This document shows, in pieces, positions 57,716 through 64,000 of a DNA stretch of 64,000 bases; within the stretch, counting starts at the first letter, position 1; each line of letters opens with the position of its first letter. This DNA is from Candidatus Omnitrophota bacterium (GTDB lineage: Bacteria > Omnitrophota > Gorgyraeia > Zapsychrales > Fredricksoniimonadaceae): NCBI GenBank assembly GCA_030650275.1, contig JAUSEK010000015.1, forward strand, positions 3,834 to 67,833, in the 5' to 3' direction. The position numbers and the translations under genes are program-made. The notes under the pieces were generated by a model. It was not told where the DNA came from and ran no database searches. It was given only the letters and a program-made list of their open reading frames with translations.

Positions 57716-58056
57716 TGGTTCAATTTCCCGAGATTCGTCTGCGAATCGGACGTCGTATTCGTGGTCTCATTCACGGTAATATCGGCAACGCCGCCCCAGC
57801 CGGGCGTTACAACATTTTTGCTGACATGGCCCGTGACCTGTGTATTTGCCCCCACCAGATATCCCCCGGTCGCGCCCGGGTCATCGGCGTCCAGGAAATC
57901 CTGGTCGGCATTCTGTTGAGCGCCGATCTGGTCGGAGGTCACCTTCACCAAACTCTGCACGCCCCGCTTGAACAAAGGCCCCATATAAAAAAGCGCGACC
58001 GTGATGATCCCGATCAGAACAATATACTCAACGACGGTCTGGCCTTTATTTCCCAT
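57712..58056 (-). CDS. Minor pilin-like protein (start re-assigned to ATG 58056)
   Basis: MGNKG|QTVVEYIVLIGII; KRGVQSLVK..SDQIG. Confidence 0.8.
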   Translation of the reverse strand: MGNKGQTVVEYIVLIGIITVALFYMGPLFKRGVQSLVKVTSDQIGAQQNADQDFLDADDPGATGGYLVGANTQVTGHVSKNVVTPGWGGVADITVNETTNTTSDSQTNLGKLNQ

Positions 58057-58453
58057 ACCGGTCCCCGGCCGCGGCCCCGGGCGGAAGTTGTTCGCTATTG
58101 CTGGTCGTTTCAATGGTTTCATTGGTTATTTTGCGAAATTGCCTGTCCGCGCCGCCGGCCAAGCCGGTCCTGACATCGCTGTTACGGCTGGTCCGGGAAT
58201 CGACTTTGCCGTAATACGGTTCATACTCGCGGGGAATGCCGCTTCCGCTGATCCCGGCCGCGGCCCTGCAATCAGGGCCGCATTCATTGGCGGCAACGTT
58301 GACCATATAATCTCTGCTGTCTTTGATCTTGGCCTGAATGGAGCGCTGGATATAGACCGTCATGGCCACGGCCGTGGCAACGACTAAAAAAAACGTCACC
58401 ACGTATTCGGGAAGGGAACTCTGGCCATTTTGGCCGTTTATGCCGCGCGCCAT
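58046..58453 (-). CDS. Minor pilin-like protein
   Basis: NG|QSSLPEYVVTFFLVV; YIQRSIQAKIKD; EYEPYY. Confidence 0.8.
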   Translation of the reverse strand: MARGINGQNGQSSLPEYVVTFFLVVATAVAMTVYIQRSIQAKIKDSRDYMVNVAANECGPDCRAAAGISGSGIPREYEPYYGKVDSRTSRNSDVRTGLAGGADRQFRKITNETIETTSNSEQLPPGAAAGDRYGK

Positions 58454-58466
58454 GAAGTTCTCCCAG

Positions 58467-58655
58467 CTATTGAGGGTTGGTCGCCCTCATCAGACGGTTG
58501 GCCATGTCCTCCATGCCATCGGTGGTTTTATTGATGGTATCGGAAAGTTTGTTCCGAAACGCCCCGCCGGGCCCGGTGAACAGGATGATCACCGCGATCA
58601 CCGCGGTGACCAACAAAATATACTCCACCGTGCTCTGGCCTTTTGTCTTCATCAT
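58467..58655 (-). CDS. flp: Flp-type pilin
   Basis: KG|QSTVEYILLVTAVIAVII; 62 aa. Confidence 0.8.
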   Translation of the reverse strand: MMKTKGQSTVEYILLVTAVIAVIILFTGPGGAFRNKLSDTINKTTDGMEDMANRLMRATNPQ

Positions 58656-58702
58656 ACGCGCTCCCTACGATTTAGAAACCACTAAGGGACCCCCACCGGG
58701 GG

Positions 58703-59035
58703 TCATCTGCCCATATATTCCTGCTCGGTGTTGACGATCACCGATCTTTCCGACGTATTGGTGGTTTCGGGACCGATCAATCCGGTCGCGGAAACGCCCT
58801 GTCCGTCCACACCGAACGTCTCACGGCTCGTGCTGGACGTGTTGGTGGTCTTGATGACGTTGGTATTGCCCACCGAATACTGGTCGCCGATATCGTCGGC
58901 AGCGCTCTTTAAACGGCCCTGCACGCCGCGCTTGATGTAAAACTGGATGGACAACAGCGCGCCGATGATGATGACGGTCAGCACCGCGTATTCAAGGGTG
59001 CTTTGCCCTCTTTTTTGGCTAAAATAAGTCAACAT
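58703..59035 (-). CDS. Minor pilin-like protein
   Basis: RG|QSTLEYAVL; YIKRGVQGRLKSAADDIGDQY; GAGGA RBS. Confidence 0.8.
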   Translation of the reverse strand: MLTYFSQKRGQSTLEYAVLTVIIIGALLSIQFYIKRGVQGRLKSAADDIGDQYSVGNTNVIKTTNTSSTSRETFGVDGQGVSATGLIGPETTNTSERSVIVNTEQEYMGR

Positions 59036-59065
59036 AGAACATCCTCCTTAAGATACGATTTTATT

Positions 59066-59440
59066 TTAGTCGCCGCCGCCTGTCCCGTCGGTGCTGTACG
59101 TTGACTGCTGGGTACCGGTCCTGCTGCGGTTGGTCGTTGAGTCCGCGGCGACCAGACCCACGCCCTGACGCTTGTTCTCTTGGGCGTTACGGGTGCTGGT
59201 ATAATCGCTTTCCAGGTAATACGGTTCATACTGCGTTTGGTTGCCGATGGCGTTGGTCTGGCTGGCCAGATACTGGCTGGCATCGTGCATCCTTGCCTGC
59301 AAAGAACGCTGGGCATAGGTCTGCATCGCGATGACGCCCGCGACGACCAGGGCGATCAACAGCGCGTATTCCGCGGTGTTCTGCCCCGAGCGAAGTCGAG
59401 GGGTTTGTCCTCTGGTATTTTTAAATAAATTTCTAAACAT
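59066..59440 (-). CDS. Minor pilin-like protein
   Basis: GGAGG RBS before ATG 59440; SG|QNTAEYALLIALVVAG; YAQRSLQAR; QYEPYY. Confidence 0.8.
   Translation of the reverse strand: MFRNLFKNTRGQTPRLRSGQNTAEYALLIALVVAGVIAMQTYAQRSLQARMHDASQYLASQTNAIGNQTQYEPYYLESDYTSTRNAQENKRQGVGLVAADSTTNRSRTGTQQSTYSTDGTGGGD
59381..59404. repeat. 24-bp element in frame in prepilin leader
   Basis: ctgccccgagcgaagtcgaggggt; protein NTRGQ-TPRLRSGQ-NTAEY. Confidence 0.7.
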
Positions 59441-59469
59441 ATGTTCCTCCATTTATGGATGTTGTTTCT

Positions 59470-59724
59470 TTAAAATCCGGCCGTCGGGTCCACCGTGACG
59501 CCCGGCGCGGGAGTTACTCCGTTAGCGGTTGCCCCCTGGCTGTTCACCAAACGGTTGCTTATGCTCCCGATGCTGTCGGCGGTTGAGTTAAGGGTATTGC
59601 CCAAACGGCCCGTCAGTGCCGAATTCGGGCCGGTGGTAAAAAAGATCATCGCGCCGATGACCGCGGTCGCAAGCAAGATATACTCCACCGTGCTCTGACC
59701 TTTTGTCTTCATTTTCCTGAACAT
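59470..59724 (-). CDS. flp: Flp-type pilin
   Basis: AGGAGG RBS; MKTKG|QSTVEYILL; 5' DNA nearly identical to that of the 58467-58655 gene. Confidence 0.8.
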   Translation of the reverse strand: MFRKMKTKGQSTVEYILLATAVIGAMIFFTTGPNSALTGRLGNTLNSTADSIGSISNRLVNSQGATANGVTPAPGVTVDPTAGF

Positions 59725-59757
59725 ATAAATGCCTCCTGATGTATTTAAGATGCTTTG

Positions 59758-59910
59758 TTATTCGTTGGCGATCTCCTGCGTCACCGCCTTCTGGGTGGCC
59801 TGCACGGAACGGAACACGTAGGTGCTCATGGCCGCCATAGCAGCGGACACCAAGGCCACGACGATCGCGTATTCGATGAGATTTTGTCCTTTGATGTTCC
59901 TAAGGATCAT
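59758..59910 (-). CDS. Flp-type pilin (50 aa; start re-assigned to ATG 59910)
   Basis: AGGAG RBS; MILRNIKG|QNLIEYAIVVALVSAA. Confidence 0.75.
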   Translation of the reverse strand: MILRNIKGQNLIEYAIVVALVSAAMAAMSTYVFRSVQATQKAVTQEIANE

Positions 59911-59978
59911 CGCGGCTGCTCCTACATGAAAGATAAAGGAAGTATGCCATATAAAATAAGGGATGTCAACCCTTCGAC

Positions 59979-61283
59979 CTAAAAATTCGCGTTGTTTTCC
60001 GACGCTATCTGACACAGGACCCGGCGCCCGTTCTCATCGCGGATATTCAGGGCATTGACATTATCCGCGGCCTGCCGCAGAAAAGCAATGTGCGCATAAG
60101 AGGCAGGGGCCAGAAGGGTTATGTGTCTGCCCTGCTCAATAACCCCTTTAAGGGCCAAAACCGACTCAAAGGCATCCTGCCCAAAATCGGACGGGAAAAA
60201 GGCGCGCGCACGGGCTTGAAGCCGGGCCAAAACCCATGCCGGCTGGTCCGCAATATCCCCCCGCAAACTATCCGCCAGGGGGGACATGTTGATTTGAACC
60301 GGAGGATGGCGGTCTTTGAAGATACGCGCAATTTCATCATTTGATATATGTGGGCTAAAATTTGATAAAACTGACATATTCTTATCATATCCATCCATTT
60401 CTAGCCTTATATATCGTAATTTATGGTTATTCTGCTCCACTTCTAGATTTCTTGGCATTCCAAGAATGACATTCTTTTTTTGACGGGGGGAACAGGAAAA
60501 TTGAGCCAGGACAATTCCTCCTGCGCCCAACAAGGATGCCCGTGTCATGCCTTTACCAGCCACGCCCTCACAGGCCTGAAAAAAACTAAGGATCAAGGCG
60601 TCCGTAGCATTCTCCCCCAAGGAGCGTATGCATAAAGGATTGATATTATTAAGGATACAATCTGCGGTGTCCTGGATACAGCGCTCAATGCCTGCGGGAA
60701 AAATAGCCCTGCTAGGACCAAGGGCCTGAAAACGGCTGTCCATCTCAACACAAGAACCGTCTTCCAGATCGATCTTTAAACGTTCAACCACGGTGGATAT
60801 ATACTCCCATTCTTCTCGTAAGTTATTCAGATTTAATGACTTAATGTCTTCCAGTTTCTTGATCCCCCATACAGGACGGGGGAAAATATCCCAAAAAGTG
60901 GCTTTAATGAAAATCTCGCCCATGCGTTCCTGGACTTCGCCCCTGACCAACGGGCTGGGGGCTTGTTCCACAACACGCGGGGCCTGCTCTATGAGTTTTG
61001 GGGCAGGCGGTGGGGGTTGGAAGATCACGCCAGGCACGACATTGGCGAACAATTGCTGTTTCTTCTCCGGGGGGATCTGGAATTTGATCTTGGGTTTTCG
61101 GCCGCGAGGGATGACCACGCCATGTTCTTTTAAGACATCATGGACCGATGACTTAGAAACGACCTTTTGATGCCGTTCATGGACCAAGCCGGCGATCTCC
61201 CGGCAGGACAGACGGGGAGTTTCCTGTTTGCGTTCAATAATAAAGGAAACAACGTCTTCGGTGAGTTTATAAACAACGCCCAT
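59979..61283 (-). CDS. Hypothetical protein with N-terminal HTH
   Basis: MGVVYKLTEDVVSFIIERKQETPRLSCREIAGLVHERHQKVVSKSSVHDVLKEHG..PRGRKPK; remainder unrecognised. Confidence 0.7.
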   Translation of the reverse strand: MGVVYKLTEDVVSFIIERKQETPRLSCREIAGLVHERHQKVVSKSSVHDVLKEHGVVIPRGRKPKIKFQIPPEKKQQLFANVVPGVIFQPPPPAPKLIEQAPRVVEQAPSPLVRGEVQERMGEIFIKATFWDIFPRPVWGIKKLEDIKSLNLNNLREEWEYISTVVERLKIDLEDGSCVEMDSRFQALGPSRAIFPAGIERCIQDTADCILNNINPLCIRSLGENATDALILSFFQACEGVAGKGMTRASLLGAGGIVLAQFSCSPRQKKNVILGMPRNLEVEQNNHKLRYIRLEMDGYDKNMSVLSNFSPHISNDEIARIFKDRHPPVQINMSPLADSLRGDIADQPAWVLARLQARARAFFPSDFGQDAFESVLALKGVIEQGRHITLLAPASYAHIAFLRQAADNVNALNIRDENGRRVLCQIASENNANF

Positions 61284-61296
61284 AGAAACCCCCAAT

Positions 61297-61315
61297 AATG
61301 TCCAGACTGGACATT
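61297..61315. promoter_or_regulatory. Perfect palindrome upstream of HTH gene (candidate operator)
   Basis: aatgtccag-a-ctggacatt. Confidence 0.45.
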
Positions 61316-61319
61316 TTCG

Positions 61320-61450
61320 TGGTGCGGGGCGCTGGTCCGGCGAATAAGCCGGACCGCTTAGCGCGCCTGCGAGCCAGTGAGCAGGCCGGGTTCCTTAATG
61401 TCCGCGCAGGAACGAGCACGGTGGGGGAAACCGAAGACAGGACCCGCCCT
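61320..61450 (-). other. GC-rich multi-hairpin structured element (leader RNA or MITE-like)
   Basis: Four hairpins (cggt/accg, gttcct/aggaac, gcctgc/gcaggc, ggtccggc/gccggacc) enclosed by gcggg/cccgc. Confidence 0.4.
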
Positions 61451-61483
61451 TAATAATTATTAGACATCATTTAAGATATTATT

Positions 61484-61825
61484 TCAACCGATTTGAATAT
61501 TATCGCCCATGTGTGTTTGGGAGGCGGCAATGGTGCCGGCAGAGGTCTCAATGGCGCTGTGGGCTTGCAGGAAGAATGGAGAAAATTGAAAAGGCCGGAT
61601 GTCGGGGCACAGGCCCACCGCCGTGTTCGCGCGGTCAATAAAAATGACGTCCAGCGGGAATTTCATGAACAGCATGTGGATGCTGCGGCAGGGGGTGATG
61701 ACCAGCGCTTCGCCGGAATTGAGCGCCCCGCGGCCCAGCAGTCCGGTCATGCGTTTGAGGGGAGTTTTCGCCAGCGAACCGGTCTCGGCGATCAGCGTGC
61801 CGCGGGTCAAATTACGGATGGTCAT
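61484..61825 (-). CDS. DUF192 family protein
   Basis: KRMTGLLGR, PCRSIHMLFMKFPLDVIFID, AIETSAG. Confidence 0.85.
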   Translation of the reverse strand: MTIRNLTRGTLIAETGSLAKTPLKRMTGLLGRGALNSGEALVITPCRSIHMLFMKFPLDVIFIDRANTAVGLCPDIRPFQFSPFFLQAHSAIETSAGTIAASQTHMGDNIQIG

Positions 61826-63978
61826 ACGTTAAAGACGGCCTTGGACAGCGGAATGCCTCTGGTCTGGAAGTCCTCGAAACATTTGGGCACAAAGCCGGTG
61901 GCGCTGTATTCGCCCAGCACCACGCCGTCGGCATTGATGCCTTTTTGTTTAAAAATGAATACGTCCTTGAGCTCCGGAAGGCCCTCGACTATTTTTCCGG
62001 TCAGCTCGGAGATCGCCGTGATCTTGCGCGACCCGTCGGAAAAACGGGAAATTTGGATAATGATGTTGATGGCGGAGGCCGCCATTTCATAAATGGCGCG
62101 GATGGGCAGTTCAATGCCGGAAAGAAGCACCATGGAGCTCATGCGCGAGAGCACATCGCGCGGGGAATTGGCGTGCAGGGTCGTCAAAGACCCGTCGTGG
62201 CCGGTGTTCATGGCCTGGAGCATGTCCAGGACTTCCGGGCCGCGGCATTCGCCGATGATGATGCGGTCGGGCCGCATGCGCAAGGTGTTGATGAACAGGT
62301 CCCGGATGGTCACGCGTCCGCGGCCTTCAATGTTGGGCGGCTTGGACTCCAGGCGCGCCCAATGACTTTTCACCAAACGCAGTTCCGCCGCGTCTTCAAT
62401 GGTGATGATGCGCTCATTGTCCGGAATGAATTGCGAAACGATATTGAGCAGTGTTGTCTTGCCCGCGCCGGTGCCGCCGGAAACGATCACGTTCTTGCGG
62501 CCGATGACGCAGGCGTTCAGAAAATCCACCATGGGCTGGGACAGGGAATGGAATTTATTTAAAAGGTCGTCAACGGTGTAGCGCTCCTGGGCAAACTTGC
62601 GGATGGTGATCATGGGCCCGCCCAGCGACAGCGGGGGGATGATGGCGTTGATGCGCGAGCCGTCGGGCAATCGGGCGTCCACCATCGGGGCGCTCTCGTC
62701 CACGCGCCGGCCCAGGGGAGCGATGATGCGGTCAATGGTGGCGCGCACCTGGTCGTTGGAAATGAAGCGCTTGTTGGTCAAAATGATCTTGCCGCGTTTC
62801 TCGACGAAGATCTCATCCTTGTTGTTGACCATGATGTCGTTGATCTCCGGGTCGGCCAGAAAATCCTCCAGCGGCCCCAGGCCGAGGGCTTCATTGACGA
62901 TCTCACGCACCAAACGCGAGCGCTCCTCATGCGAAGCGATGAAAGCGCCGGCGGCCTCGGCCAGCAATTCGGAAACGATCTTGGCCGCGGCCTTGCGGAT
63001 ATTGGCGGCCTGTGCCGGGTCGGAAAGCGCCTCGGGCGAGATCTTCTGCACGTTCATGCGCTCAACCAGACGCTGATGGATGGCTTTTTTAAGTTTGATG
63101 ACCTCGTCCTCTTCCTGCCTATAGATCGTGACGGGCGATGAGGATCCGGGGGCAATGCCGAATTTTTCCCAGAACTCATTGCCCTTCTGGGCCTGCGTGT
63201 CCGCCGCGCGCACCTTGATGACGTCCGAGGCCTGCACATACATGTCTTCAACTTCGAGTTTGCCGGCAATCTCAAAAAATGACTCGGACACGCGGGCTTT
63301 GGGGCTGTCCATGACGCAGGGGACCCCGCGGTTGAGCGCCAGGCCGACGGTCTTCCCGTCGGAGGGAACGAGGGCGAAAATGTCGCAGGCCAGCGCCGAC
63401 TTGACCTCCTGCCAGGCCACCCCGCCGCGGCTTTCAGCGCGGTTGAGAATGAGTTTGACCATCTTTAAAGGATAGTGCAGGCTCTGAAGGATGTCGAGCG
63501 TCGCCTTGACCTGATAAACAGCCAAAATGTCCGGCGTCGCGACGAGAAGAATTAAATTGGAAGAATCCAGAACGCTGATGAGCATTTCGCTGAAGGCGCT
63601 GCCGGCATCCACGACAATGTAATCATAGATCAACGCCGCCTTCTTTAAAAAAGGACGGATATTGTCGGCCGTGATGTGTCCGGTCTGGCGGATATGCGTG
63701 ACGCCGGGCAGGAACTCCAGGCCGCTGGCATGGCGCAGGACATAACCGCGGATGATGTCGGGTTTCTCGTCCTTTTCAACGGCCGCCAGAAGATCAACGA
63801 GGGATTGCGTGGGGACAAGATTGAGCATGCGGGCCATGTCCTGACCGGCCTGCACGTCCAGGTCCACGATCAGGGTTTTCTTGGCCTTAAGGGCCAGGGC
63901 GGTCGCGATGTTGACGCCGACAAAGGTCTTGCCGACGCCGCCTTTATTGCTGAAAACCGTTATGACTCTGCAGGACAT
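61822..63978 (-). CDS. tadA: Fused CpaE/TadZ (MinD/ParA-like) - CpaF/TadA pilus assembly ATPase
   Basis: N-terminal [23 protein letters not shown]; C-terminal [71 protein letters not shown]. Confidence 0.9.
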   Translation of the reverse strand: MSCRVITVFSNKGGVGKTFVGVNIATALALKAKKTLIVDLDVQAGQDMARMLNLVPTQSLVDLLAAVEKDEKPDIIRGYVLRHASGLEFLPGVTHIRQTGHITADNIRPFLKKAALIYDYIVVDAGSAFSEMLISVLDSSNLILLVATPDILAVYQVKATLDILQSLHYPLKMVKLILNRAESRGGVAWQEVKSALACDIFALVPSDGKTVGLALNRGVPCVMDSPKARVSESFFEIAGKLEVEDMYVQASDVIKVRAADTQAQKGNEFWEKFGIAPGSSSPVTIYRQEEDEVIKLKKAIHQRLVERMNVQKISPEALSDPAQAANIRKAAAKIVSELLAEAAGAFIASHEERSRLVREIVNEALGLGPLEDFLADPEINDIMVNNKDEIFVEKRGKIILTNKRFISNDQVRATIDRIIAPLGRRVDESAPMVDARLPDGSRINAIIPPLSLGGPMITIRKFAQERYTVDDLLNKFHSLSQPMVDFLNACVIGRKNVIVSGGTGAGKTTLLNIVSQFIPDNERIITIEDAAELRLVKSHWARLESKPPNIEGRGRVTIRDLFINTLRMRPDRIIIGECRGPEVLDMLQAMNTGHDGSLTTLHANSPRDVLSRMSSMVLLSGIELPIRAIYEMAASAINIIIQISRFSDGSRKITAISELTGKIVEGLPELKDVFIFKQKGINADGVVLGEYSATGFVPKCFEDFQTRGIPLSKAVFNV

Positions 63979-64000
63979 AGGCTGTGATTACGAGGAGGAG

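Noticed and set aside
55891-60015. Longer N-termini given by the ORF track for 55639-56040, 57712-58122, 59066-59452 and 59758-60015
   Set aside because: Three of the extensions overlap upstream genes; internal ATGs with an RBS or stop-start coupling sit just before the prepilin motifs.
61320-61450. tRNA or tmRNA (ends in ...CCGCACCA on the minus strand)
   Set aside because: No TTCGA T-loop, D-loop or anticodon geometry, and the length is wrong; kept only as an unknown structured element.
50348-63987. + strand ORFs overlapping the tad genes
   Set aside because: Antisense shadows of well-supported minus-strand genes.

Overview
The window has two parts. (1) Positions 1-48392, minus strand: one uninterrupted reading frame of at least 16,130 codons that runs off the left edge. 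The ORF track omits it because no stop codon lies in the window; the many short + strand ORFs there are its antisense shadows. Hand translation shows a giant multi-domain protein. In order from the N-terminus: anchor helix, C39-like Cys peptidase, Gly/Ala-rich hydrophobic helices, TPRs, two SecA-like SF2 ATPase domains flanking an M48 metallopeptidase, two internal signal-peptide-like segments, a possible beta-barrel, a six-hairpin glycosidase-like domain, a clan GH-A glycoside hydrolase, an apparently complete FKS1/callose-synthase-type (GT48) beta-1,3-glucan synthase, and then repeated RAG/HE spacer modules alternating with HIT-like and NadD-like domains. (2) Positions 48.4-64 kb: a divergent AbiEi/AbiEii type IV toxin-antitoxin pair, followed by a minus-strand Tad/Flp pilus locus (CpaE-CpaF fusion, DUF192, HTH protein, 12 consecutive prepilin-like genes including a 1032-aa Cys-rich TadG-like protein, tadB, tadC). 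Several small palindromic repeat families occur, some inserted in frame in genes. The organisation suggests an Omnitrophota (OP3)-like bacterium (inference). Domain calls come from motif recognition by eye, not database searches, and domain boundaries are approximate.
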